A model generated the notes under the pieces. It had not been told where the DNA came from, made no database searches, and saw nothing but the letters and a program-made list of their open reading frames with translations. A stretch of 64,000 nucleotides of DNA, from the NCBI RefSeq assembly GCF_009834535.1, contig NC_045697.1, forward strand, positions 47,804,001-47,868,000, written 5' to 3'. Positions 52,071 to 64,000 of the stretch are shown piece by piece. The DNA is from Camelus ferus. Taxonomy: Eukaryota. A program made the position numbers and the translations under genes. How positions within the stretch are numbered: position 1 is the first letter of the stretch; the number at the start of each line of letters is the position of its first letter.

Positions 52071-54464
52071 TATTTTTCTTAATAGATTATGATGTGCTAT
52101 AATAGAATGTTCACACTACTCAAACGTCAGCCCCTGCTTCCTCCTTTTATTTTTCAGAGACCTTACTCCCAAGTAAGCCTTTGTATTCCTTAACTCCACC
52201 TGCGCATGTTCGTCCCAGAGGATCCAACCAATACAGAAACGCTGCTAATTTGATAGGAGAAACAAATGACATTTCATTATTTTAGTTGCAACTCTTTGAT
52301 TACAGACACAATTGAACATATATTCATCTTTATTAGGCTCTGAAATGTCCTCTTTTGTGAATTGACTATTCGTGTTCTTTGCTCATATTTCCTCTTGCAT
52401 CATAGTGTTTTCCTACTTGTTTGTGTAAGTTCTTTATATATAAAAGACATTAGCCCTATATGTTATTATTGGGTTTTGATGTACAGAAGTTCTACATTGT
52501 TATATAGCCACATTATGATAAATTACTTTATAATTTTTATCTTTGCTTTAATGCCAAGAGAGTACATTCCCTTCCAGAAATCAGCCACTCACAGTTTCTC
52601 CTTATTTATTGTTCATATGTAGTCCACCTGGAATGAATGGTCACATATGGTATGAGGTGAAAATCGAAGCTGATATTTTTCTGACTATAAAGTTATGTCT
52701 CCTCAGACCATTTAATGGACAATCTTACCTCTTCTGATTGATTTGTCATGTCATCCAGTATCATTTAACATTTTATACATGCTAGATTCTTTTCCTGTTA
52801 CATAAATATATTTGTCTTCTTCCTGTACACTATATATGCTAAACTTCTGTGGATTTATAATCTGTTTTAATATCTGCTATGTTGAATCTCAATCAATAAA
52901 TTTCCTAGGCTTTTATACTTTTTCCAAAGTACAGTTATGGCACTTGAGATTGTGTCTAGACAGAGTCTCTTTCTCCTACTGTCCCCAGATTGGAAAATCT
53001 GTCATTGCTGAGGCTGATAATGATGGTAATAATATAGAGAATTCTCATAAAGCCTCTACATAAAGGAGGGAAAACTAATTTGCGAAGCAGAGTTGTTTAA
53101 AACAGGGCACAGATGTGACTAGAATGCCCTCTTTAGCTTGTATAGGAGACTGTCAGCTTCATCCTATTTTCTACTGCAGAGCAAACCAAGAGCCTAAAGC
53201 CCAGAATGTGACAGTGACATCACAGGACCTACCAGTGGTGTGTTTTATAGTGGTATGAAGGAAAGAGAAATGTATTTACCCAGCTACTGTGTCACCAACA
53301 GCATCACCTGTTCTTGGATGAGGGAGCTGGTTAATAACTATGGACAGACAGAAAGTCAAATGCAAAGGGAGGCTCATAGGCAAGACTTAATCACTTCTGT
53401 TGACTCTACCACCATCTTTTCCACAATCCTGGTCAAACTGAGTTCAGAGGAAGGGAGGCAATGACAAGGGAGCAGTAGGGCAGTGGTATGCCAGCCAGCA
53501 GCAGCTGGAGGATTCCCACTTGATCACCCCCAGGATAAAGAAAAGAGAAAGAAAAAAAGAAAAAAAAGAAGGTATAAGAACTTGAAAGGACTGTAAAATT
53601 CCTTTGTAACAACAATCACCTAATAACTGCAATTGTGTGAATATGTTTAGTTGTGAGAATTTCATTTAGGGTATACTTAACCCTTTGTGTTACAAGAGGG
53701 AATGGTTGCAACAGGATTTCTCTTTCCCTCCATGGCAAGTGAGAGAAGACCTTTTCCTTCCTTCCTCCCTCACTCCCTCCCTTCATTCTCCTCTCTTCTC
53801 TTCCTATTGCTCTTGTACCTTTTAAGTGGGTTCCAATTCACTCAGATGTATTAATAGGAAAGGGCAAACAACTCTTTAATGAACAGTAAAGCCAACAAGA
53901 GCAAGAATAAACATGCAGCTGAGGCTTGTAAAGTGAAATAGAATTCATCTGAAGATTTTGCGGGATGAAGGTTTCTCCTTAACCAGCAATTTTTTACCCT
54001 ACATGAAGCAGCCACAATTTTAAAAGGTGAATGTGAAGAGAGTTCTTATGAGAAAGAAACGCTTGCCTGCCCTGGTCAGGGAGCTGCCAGCACCCGGAGA
54101 GGCTGTTAAGGGTTGGCAGGCTGCGGTGGGGTTGGGCTAGGAAGCCATTTCCTGAACCAGTCCCTTCAGGGCAGTAGCTAAGCTCCACACTGGATGACGA
54201 GTTTTAAGGGTCTTCTGTGTTTATAGTGAAAAGTAATCTGACTGTGAAAGGCATCTTGCAGGTGGCACGTTTTTAATCACACAGGAAAACTAGTTCAAGT
54301 CCTTGAAACAAAGAGGCATCACCGCACTCCGACTGAATGATAAAATGCAGAGCAAAGAAAAAATCACCTAAAAACAACTACAATTACATATATTACTTGC
54401 AATAATGAAGGGAAAGTGGTCCCAGGTAAAGGCAGTGTTTTTGAAAATGTAAATCATGGCATCC

Positions 54465-54710
54465 TAGAAGAGGCAGACTAGTGTGGCAGTCCAGGGCATG
54501 GATCTCGTGGTCAAACAGACCCAGATCTGAATCTGTGTTACTTTAGGGATCTGGGACAATGGATTTCTTCATCCGTGAAATGGAACAGTTAGTATTTCTT
54601 ACTCACAGGCTTGTTGTAAAAATTAAATGAGATTGGCATGCCAAGTGCTTAGCCCAGAAGCTGGCACGTTGATAAGTACTCAGTAAGTGATAGCCATGAC
54701 CATTACTCTT
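54465..54710 (+). mobile_element. MIR SINE
   Basis: gtcaaacagacccagatctgaatc...ttcttcatccgtgaaatgg...aattaaatgaga...aagtgcttagc. Confidence 0.7.
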
Positions 54711-55849
54711 GATATTTCTCATCATCATCCTAGCAGGAGAAAAGAGCTAGACAGGTCTTCTAGTCCATCCCTCTGCTTCTTGTTTGGATCACATTTAAAT
54801 ATTTACAGAGAACAAAATGAGTCCCTCTCCCACTTTTAAAGGTACTTAAGAAAAAGGGTAATACATGATTTCCTATAGGAATTCTTTTTCGCTCAGAAAT
54901 ATTTTCTAATTTTTCTAAAAACTACTCATGTTGCAACATAAGCCTGTTTCTTCTTTGCCATATTTACTGAGGATGGAGGAAGTTTATCGCCCTCTTTAGT
55001 AATCCTGTAGATGCTGTACTCAAAGGAAATTACAGCTTGGCCCTCCTCTTCCCTTCTCACTCCCCTGACCTCACCCCAAGCACACAGCTAATTACTCTAC
55101 CACTTTCACTTCTCTGAGAGGAAATAAAGAAAATAATAATCTTCCTACAGTTGGGTTATAACTCACAGTATGAAAATCACTAATTCTAAACACTAGACAG
55201 TGATTCTCAGAGGTGTTTTTGTGATTTATCAAGGAATTTCTCCATACCAGGAAGAAGAACGGCAAACCCGAGCAACTGAGATAAGATGGTGGATCGTATG
55301 GAGCAACATCAGGTAATCTGAAGGGAGCTGAGTTAACGATGAGGAGTAACAAGGGTCTGTGCAGAGGAAAGGCAGGTAGTTTCTAACCGAGAGCTTGGTT
55401 TGTTAGAGGGTCAGTTTCATGTCAGTGAAACAAACATATATTTATCTTCTCTTCCTCTTGTGATTGTATTAAAATGCCAGAAACAGAATATAAAAAAAAG
55501 GAAGGGCTCCATTTGAACAATATATTAGAGCAAGTTCTGGAAAACTGAGAGCTGATAAAGAAGTGTTTACTGATGAAGCAACAAGGTAGAAACCTCAGGG
55601 GAGGGAGAGAAAGAGAGATGGAGGGAGAGGGAGGGAGAGAGAGAGAGGATGTGTGTACATGTAAGTATTGGGAATGGGGCGGGGAATACAACCAAGAAGA
55701 GAAACAATCTGAAAGGTCCAAGAGAGGCACAGGACACAGACACACCAGGTACAACAAATGGTGGCATGGAGCTGCGGGCTAACGACAGAGGAACTGATTA
55801 AAATGTGTTTTCATGAAAGTTCACCTCTTCAGCTCTCTTCAACAATTTG

Positions 55850-56545
55850 TCGTGTCTATCTTAAAGAAAATATAGAGGGTTCTTTTCTAAAGAAATTGAA
55901 TAAGATCAATACAAGAGACCCAATATCAATTAATAGGAATTCCAGGAAGGAAGAACAGAAAAAATTAATAAATAAAAATAGAAATAAAGACATTTTCAAA
56001 TAAATAAGAAAAATTTCTAGAGATGAAGGCTATATGTCTCCATATTAAGGAATTGCCCAGTACAATGAGTGAAAAAAGACCTATATCCATACAGATAATT
56101 ATATACGTGAAGAATAAAAAGAAGATCCTAAAATCTTCCCTAAAAACAAAGCTGCTCACCTACAAAACAATGCTATTCAAAATAGCACTGGGCTTCTCAA
56201 TAACAGACAATAATAAGTATTGGCAAAAAATGTGGAGAAATTGGACCCTCATATGCTGCTGGTGAGAATGTAAAATGATGTAGCCACTTTGAAAAACAGG
56301 TTGGCAACTCCTTAAAAAGTTAAGTCTAGAGACACCCTATCTAGGTATAATCCAAGAGAAGCAAAAAGATATGTCCCCACAAAAACTTGCACAAGAACAT
56401 TCATAGCAACATAAAAGCTTAATAGTGCAAACTACCCAAATGTCCACAAGCTGATAAATGGACAAATAAAATGTGGTGTACCCATACAACAGAATATCAT
56501 TAGGCAACAGAAGAAATGAAGTACTGATATATGTTACAACATATA
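55850..56545 (+). mobile_element. Old L1 fragments (ORF1-like then L1MB-like ORF2 end)
   Basis: gaaattggaccctcatatgctgctggtgagaatgtaaaatg...cccaaatgtccacaagctgataaatggacaaataaaatgtgg. Confidence 0.65.
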
Positions 56546-58599
56546 GAACCTGGGGATACCGAGGGACAACTGTACTTAAAGTGTAATTTGGTTTAATTTT
56601 GTAATTTGAAATGTTGACGTAAACATATATTTCAAACTTGTAATTGGATTGTCTTTATTTTTGTAGGGTTTGGGATAAAGTTGTAAGTGGATCCTGTTTG
56701 AAGTTTAGATTGGCCTAGATTAAATTTGACTAGGTAAAAAATTATCTTTGGGAAAATCAATATTTATCAAATATTATCTACTTTCATATCCACACCTGTG
56801 TACAATATGTAAAATTATGTAAAATGTCAAGAAATAGATGGGGTAAGATTCATAGAATAGAGCCAGAAAAAGCCTACCTTTCTTTAAAATAGACTGATTT
56901 TAAAATGCCTTTGGGACCTGGAATGCCAAACATCTCAACTTGGCATTTGAAAGCTTTTTTCTTCCCAAGACCATCACATTCCTTTCTCTGTCTTCATGTT
57001 AAGGCTGGGTAGGAGGTTCATCAATTCCTGGGTATGATCCAAACCAGATTTGGATTTGTACCTATGAGAACACATGATCTGAGTGGTACCTGGTTTATCT
57101 CCAGTCCTCAGGACTTAATGCTTATCATCATAATATTATGATAACAAAACACTGGCAAATGTAAAGAAGTGTCATGTATTCTAGTCATATTAAAGATTTT
57201 AGAATTGTCCCTTTTTTAGAAAAGTTCTTTGAGGGTAAAGTTTACGTAAATCAAAGGAACTACTGTTGTAATTTCAAACAGAGTAAGTATCCATCTACCC
57301 ACAATGGTTTAAATATTTAGAGAAGAGATGGAAAGGCCACCTAAGGCTCCCTCCAGCTCTAAGGCAGGTCCAGTTACCGTGTTGTTTTGAGTCCTCTTGC
57401 TCTCTGTTTTCTTCGGAAACTGAAGCCCAGAGAGGGCTAAGCAAATTGGTCAAGGTAACACTGTAATGACTGAACTAAACTTAAACTCCAGTTTTTTCAC
57501 TCCAAGTTCACTACTTTTTCTTAACATCTAATTGCCTCACATTATTTCAGTTTCTTCTTTAGGACTCCTTGAATTCACTCTAAGTAATACCTCCCTTGGG
57601 GAAAAAAATAACAAAAATATGCCTTCTTAGTAAAAAAGAAGGATGTATATTCTACCCCGTAACTTCAAAAAAGGGGGTCATATTGTTTAGGTGAGAAGAT
57701 CAAAAGCAACCATGTTAACTTTAAAGGGGAATAAATAAGTGATTAGATGGTATATTTGGACTGCTGGAGAGGAAGAGATATGGGACTTTCTCTTGAGTGA
57801 TTTATTTTAGTCTTTTATTTAAAGCAGCTCTTATTTTTAGGTTGTTTGATTAACAGCCAAATTAGAAGATCAGCAAATTTCTCAGTGGACAATTTTAACT
57901 TTCCAGAATTGGAAATGCCCTTGCATTTTCACTACCCTCTTTAAAAATGAAACCAACCCCTTTTCAGGACACTGGTCCCATGACAGATCATCCCTAAGAC
58001 CCCTAAATATATCAGAACCAATTCAACCATATTTTGGGCCCAGGGAGAGAGGTGGTGGTGGAGGGAAGTCTGTGTATCACATTGCATGGCTCCAGTGCAC
58101 TCTCCCTGCTCTCTGAGGTTAGTCATTTTCTATCAAAATTAGTCAGCCAGCTGCCTCAGAACCTATGAAGCAGAATATTCCTTCTCTTCCTAGCCATTGT
58201 TGGTTTTCATAAATCATACTGTGAGGCTAATGAAACTTACTTTAAAAAAAAAAAAAAAAGCAAGCAAGCAGCCAATGGATTTAACAGTTCCTTGTACAAC
58301 CATGAACTTCGGCTAGCAAGACAAGCATTGAGCTCATAGAGAAATCAGTGCTCAGATGGAACCCAAACAGGGCCAGGAGGAAAGGAAAAGAAGCCCCACC
58401 AAAAGGAACTTGGTTACTTCCCAGGAACCTGACTGTGAAAAGGCATAGTAAGTGGTGCTCATCTAGACCACCATGGGTTCCCTGGGGTTCAAAGACAAGA
58501 ATGGTATGTGGCCTCGCTTTCTGATGGTTCGTAGTCATTCCACTTCCCATCACCCATGCGCCTTTTTTGAGAGGATAATAAACAGTACACACATATTTA

Positions 58600-59080
58600 G
58601 GATTCTCCTTACTCTCAGGAGGTGTGGATGTGGTTCCAGGGGATCTGTTTCTCCCACTGAATGCAGAGGTTGAGAATGTGACCTATTCTAAGCCAATCTC
58701 TGTGTTCTATTTCTTGGTCACAGTATTGGTTCAGGCCAATCAGTCCCAACTGCCCTAAATTCTGGGGCCTCTCTTTGAGTTTTTTGGGAGAGACTATTCC
58801 TTCTGTTGGACTAAGAGACATGAAGGAAACTGGAGCTGTCAAGAAGACAAGTTTGGAGCCTGAGGGTGGAGCCAATGTAGCAGAGGACAGCTAAGACAGA
58901 GTTGGAGATCAGACAGAAGATGGAGACAGAGTTTCCATGGCACTATTTGAACCTCAAATCCTGCCTCACCTAAAGCCCATGGATTTTTCAGTTACACAGA
59001 CCAATAAATCGCCTTCTCTGTTAAACATATTTAGTTTGGTCCTCCATCACTGGCAACAGAAAGAGTCCAAACTGATATAC
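58600..59080 (+). mobile_element. Old MLT1 (K/L-like) LTR
   Basis: ggatttttcagttacacagaccaataaatc...tcactggcaacagaaagagtccaaactgatata. Confidence 0.65.
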
Positions 59081-60887
59081 ATTTCATTTACACAAATTTC
59101 TTTGTGTAAACTATAAAATATAAATGCATTCATATTTCTAACCATTCTATTGGGAGATAATTTGCCAAATCTGTTGAAACAGACATTTTTGGACATATAT
59201 CTGGGACAAACAGAAGCAATTAGTACTTTGTAAAATATGAAACTATACAACATTACTTTTGCACCAGAGCATTATTACAATCAGAACTCCTACACACACA
59301 CATCACTGACCACCACTGGGATCCAACCAATCTGAGGTCAGCAATGCCCAGACTGTCATATGCAGAGAGTTGTTTATTTATGTGAGCAATCAGAATCCAG
59401 TAATTAAACTGAGTAGTAGATGATGCTTCACTTTATAAGCAATGTAAATCAATTTAGAAGTGAATTGCCAGTGATTAGAGACTAATAACAAAATAATAAG
59501 GCTATACAAAAACAGTGACTGTAAAAAAAAAACCAGAACATTTGATTTGGGCCATGAAAAAAAGCATATCTTATATGTGATTAATTTATGACTTTCTGTC
59601 TTAAATCCTGATTGCTCTGAACATCCACTGATGGAAGGGAAGGGGAAGGAACATTTATTCTAAGCGTCTGTTATCAGTCAGGAAGATTTCTGTAGCACAA
59701 ACACAATTTAAACTGGCTTAGAGAATAAGGGAATCTACTGACTCACATAACCAGAAAGACTAGAGAGCAAACTTTAGGGGCAGTTTGAGCAAAAGGTTTA
59801 TATAATCATCAGGGCCACTGCTTCCCATTTTTCGCCCTTCCCTTGACTTTGCTCACTTTCTTGCATAGGCTTTTTAGTTAGGCTGGTTTTTCTTATATAG
59901 CAAGGTAACTACCATCAGCTTCTAGGACCAAACGCTTTCTCATTTACAATGGAGGCAGGAGGGGTTTCCCTTCCTTCCCATCAAAATACCGAATTCTTAG
60001 GCTTCACACTGAGACTTTCCCACCATGTTCTGGGGGCAACCACTATGTTTTTTCCCACCATGTGCCAGACCAAACCTAATCAACAGGATGGGCTCTCTGG
60101 GCAGTTGCCTAGGGTGCCAGTCTATAGGGCGCCTTCACAGGAATGGTACCGAGACGGAGAAAATTGTTCAGGCCATCCCATGTGAGGGTCATTAAGCCTT
60201 GCATAATCCAGGCCAGTCTTCACACAAGAACACATGGAAACTAGGGAGAGATGAACACTCACAGCATAGCCATCTACCACTATTGCTGCCTATCTTTGCC
60301 TTCTCAAGGTTATCTCTAATATTTCAGAGCTTGCTTTCTCCAAAAGTAACAGCATAGTGTGTTAGGGTGTTTGGCCTTATTTTAGCATGTCTAACTTCTA
60401 TTCCAAGGATACTGATTTTCAGGCTCATTTTTTTCAGTACTATTATTTGGACCATATTCAAATGAATGCTTAGATGGCATTACCATCACATATTAAAAAT
60501 ATTTTAGATCATAGTAACAGTGAATGTTAAAATAAAGGCAAAATAGTTACTCACAGTTACAAAGAATTTGTAGCAGACACTTGTGGTGTCTAGGTCACAT
60601 CTCCTAACTCCATCTCTGATCTCCAGTGGAACTGACAGTCTCACCTCAAACACCACCAGCAGTCTATCCATTTTCCATCTCCAGGCCTTCTATGAAATCT
60701 CAAGCTACAGGCACCTACTTGGCCCAGAGACAAGCAAAGCCAGGAAATGTAATCGGTGCTCAATAAACACTTGTTAAACGAGTTGGTACTGAAGGATCAT
60801 AATAGACTGCCGTTAAACTGCCTCATCAGTAGACACACTGCAGAGCTCTTGCCATGCTGTTCAGAACCTGAACTCCTTGGGGCATAA

Positions 60888-61313
60888 CAATGCTGTCCAG
60901 CAGAATGTTCTGTAGCGATGGAAGTTCTGTATCAGTGCTGTCCAATACAATAGCTACTACCCACATGTGGCTACTAAGCACCTGAAAAAGGGCTAGTGTA
61001 GTAAGTAAGTACATTTTTAAAATATAATTTAACCTTTTTATTGGGGTATAATTGACATGTAACATTATATTAGTTTCAGATGTACAACATAATGATTCGC
61101 TATTTGTATACATTGCAAAACGATCACCACAATATGTCTAGTTATCATCCATCACCATTCATAGCTATAAAGTATTTTTTCTTGTGATAAGAGCTTTTAG
61201 GATTTATTTTCTTAGCAACTTTCAAATATGTAATGCAATAATATTAACTATGAATTTGCATTTAAATTTAAATGGCCACATGTGTCTAACAACTACCCTA
61301 TTGGACACCCCAG
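60888..61313 (+). mobile_element. MER3 MITE split by a minus-strand L1 3' end (~61035-61251)
   Basis: gctgtccaatacaatagctactacccacatgtggctactaagcac...; insert tttttattggggtataattgacatgtaacattatattagtttcag; MER3 resumes tttaaatggccacatgtg...attggaca. Confidence 0.8.
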
Positions 61314-63398
61314 GAAAGGAAATGCCACGTACTCCTAAAAAAGGTCCTCTTACTCCTTGCCACACTCAGCTGGAGATGTATTCATTTTGTAACAGTTCAT
61401 GGATGCACAAAATTATTAATCTCTTTAGGAAACCCACATGGCTTGAGTCAGCCCCATGCCAGGCACTGCACAAGACTTTTATTTGATTCAAAGTCAAAAC
61501 CTAGCAAAAACAGGCATGTAGAACCAAGAACCTTGTGTGGTTACCTTGGCTTGGGTTTATGATGAGCTTTGAACACAGACTTTCACTGCTGGATTTCTCT
61601 GTGTTAGGTAGACAAATGGAGGAGGATGTGACTGAGAAATGCATTGTGACAGTTGAAGTCCAGCCCTTTCATATGCATTTACATTTAAATAAGAAAAAAG
61701 TGCTGCTTTAAAACAACCATTCATGTCTAGGAAAACATCTCTGAATCCTTTATTATTTAAAAAAGTCCTTTTCCTAAGAAGAAAAAGAAATCTACATTTT
61801 GTGTAGGTGTCAGTGTTCAGAATGCAAAGACTGAACCTCTGGTTTCAAAGAAGTTTCTAAACTTGGCAAGCCCTGTTCCCCATCACTAATAATAAAAAAT
61901 GCTTTGTGCACACACTCCTTGCTCTGTGTGGTTCACAGAAAGGTCACAATGGGCGACAGGTGCTCAGAGGTTCTATTCTCAGCTCTCTCATTGACTCAGT
62001 CTCTGACCTCAGAAAAGTTGGGGTAGATTTAGACCACAGGCTTCTGGGTGCACATCAGAATGTTTACTCAAAACTCTTAACAGCAGCACTTTTGGGTTCT
62101 GCTTTGATGAAACAGGGCAGGGCCCAGCCACTTAACATCTTGACCCATGCTGGTTTTCCAGGGACCACTTTCTGACATCACTATCCAAGAGGTTCACCTT
62201 TCCCTCTTTTCTTCTCCTCCCATCCCTTTCTCTCCCCGACCTTACTTTCCCACAGTGGTTGCTTATCACATACCCACTCAGCCAACCAGTTAATAGCAAA
62301 GATGACTGTGATATAACTTCCGATCTTGGAGGTACAAATTAACAAAATTCAAGCAGGTAAGTCTCAAATACACAGTCTCATTACTTAAACCTGCTTGAAG
62401 CAGCTGAGCACGATGGTGACATTCTTTGTATGAACCAGAAGACTCTATCTCTGCACAAAGGCAATTTTCCCAAAAGCACGAGGAGACCTTATGCTACAGA
62501 CCCAAATTCTCAGTTTTACTGCACTCGTCACAGTCCCCCCAGATCCAGATGCCAATCTGCATCTCTTTGTTAAGGTTTCCCCTTCTAGGGCATCTTCTGG
62601 ATTAAATCTGCTGCAGGTTCCAGTAGTTGTGGCTCTGAGAGGATTGGGGAAATTCTGTCATCCTCATGCAGTCCAAGAACTATGGGAAGAGGGCAACATG
62701 AAACCTCAAGCCAACTTCCAAGGGCATATTTTCAAAAGTTAGGTGTTGCCGCCTCGATGGCTTTTACTCTTGAGTGACCTGAATTGCTACTGGAGGGTTC
62801 TGAGCAGAGGGGCAATAAAGGAGATTGAACTTTTCAAGCTTCCTCTGCTGGGTTTGGATCTCCAAATATTACTCAGCCCTGTATTTCCCACTGCTGTGTT
62901 CTGCCAGTCTGATGGGAAATGTTATTCTTGTTCTGCCTGCTGGACTCAGTTCCTCTCCCTCCCCACTTACAATAAGCTCTGTCCCTCCATCTCTGTTTCC
63001 AGACTCTCCCTTAGCCACATGGACTCTCTACCTGCTGACCCCAGCTTCTCTCTTTTTGGCAACTCTGCTGAGAACAATATAGCCAGACTTGGCTGTTTCC
63101 TTGCTAACATAAACAATGTAATAGTTTATCATCTGAAAGCATTATTGAGTATGTGTTCAACATGGCATGGAATTCTCACCTTTTTCTCGGAGATCCCCTG
63201 GCCAGGATGACCCATATCTGTGAGTGGTCCCTCTCCCACACTGGCACCTTGACCTTGCTGAGCCTGTTGCCCAGCTTCTCATCTTTACAGTCTGCTTTGT
63301 AGAGATGTGCCCGCACTTTACTGTATGTGAATCACTGCCTTTTGGGTGTTATTTAGGAAAAAATAGCTGAACTAATTTATTATTGAAAATTAACTCTT

Positions 63399-63598
63399 CT
63401 TATATATAAAAATAGGTTTAAAAAAACAAGTCTCTTCTGTATAGCACAGGGAACTATATTCAATATCTTGCAATAACCTTTAATGAAAAAGAATATGAAA
63501 AGGAATATAGGTATGTGTATGCATGACTGGGATACTGTGCTGTACACCAGAAATTGACACACTGTAACTGACTGTACTTCAATTAAAAAAGAAAGAAA
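63399..63598 (+). mobile_element. Short L1 3' end with a perfect 14-bp TSD
   Basis: ctgtatagcacagggaactatattcaatatcttg...; TSD gaaaattaactctt at 63385-63398 and 63599-63612. Confidence 0.92.
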
Positions 63599-63614
63599 GA
63601 AAATTAACTCTTGA

Positions 63615-64000
63615 TACTGTTATAGAAAATCTGGAAAATACAGAAAGGCTTAAATGGGAAAAATATTTGCAAACTTCTCTAATCCCACTAACAAATTTAA
63701 ATGCATTTTCCAAAATTATATATGTATGTATAGCATGTTTTACAAAATTACAATATATTATGTATATCTATATTTGTGTTCTGCTTTTTTTCACTTCATA
63801 TCATAAAATGGGCACTTCCCCATCATGGTAAAGAAATAATTTTCAGTAGCTTCACTGGATTCCACTGTGTGATTGCATCATTATTTAATCAATTTCTTGC
63901 TTAAGCATTTTGATTATTTCCAAGTTTTTGATATTGCAAATATGTTAAAACAAATGATCTATATATAAATATCTGAAGGGGTCTCTGACAACTTCATTCC
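63615..64000 (-). mobile_element. Old L1ME-like 3' fragment
   Basis: ctgctttttttcacttcatat, ttatttaatcaatttc, gattatttccaagtttttgatattgcaaa. Confidence 0.5.

Noticed and set aside
62743..63210. 155-aa ORF
   Set aside because: Non-ATG start, Leu/Ser-rich low-information sequence, no homology recognised.

Overview
Mammalian genomic DNA, most likely camelid (inferred from a camelid-type SINE tail, cetartiodactyl-type L1 3' UTRs, and no recognisable Alu, Bov-tA, PRE1 or CHR-2 SINEs). The window holds the 5' end of FRAS1 on the minus strand: a CpG-island promoter/5'UTR (~12.4-13.9 kb), coding exon 1 (12441-12366, signal peptide MSVFKVWLGVALALAEFAVLPHHSE), a 6.7-kb intron 1, a 32-nt exon 2 (5642-5611, GACVYQGSLLA) and the start of intron 2. 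The ~50 kb upstream is non-coding and dominated by nested transposon debris (young and old L1, MaLR and ERV-L LTRs and internal gag/pol remnants, hAT MITEs, MIR, L2). I found no novel protein-coding system, RNA gene or CRISPR-like array. The best leads are regulatory or retrotransposition oddities: an out-of-frame uORF overlapping the FRAS1 start codon, a (TTTC)n(GT)n repeat 21 nt from the exon-1 donor, an L1 insertion made only of a 5'UTR with an A-tail, a twin-primed inverted L1, and an inverted ERV-L/MaLR junction. Repeat family names come from recalled consensus sequences, and boundaries of old repeats are approximate.
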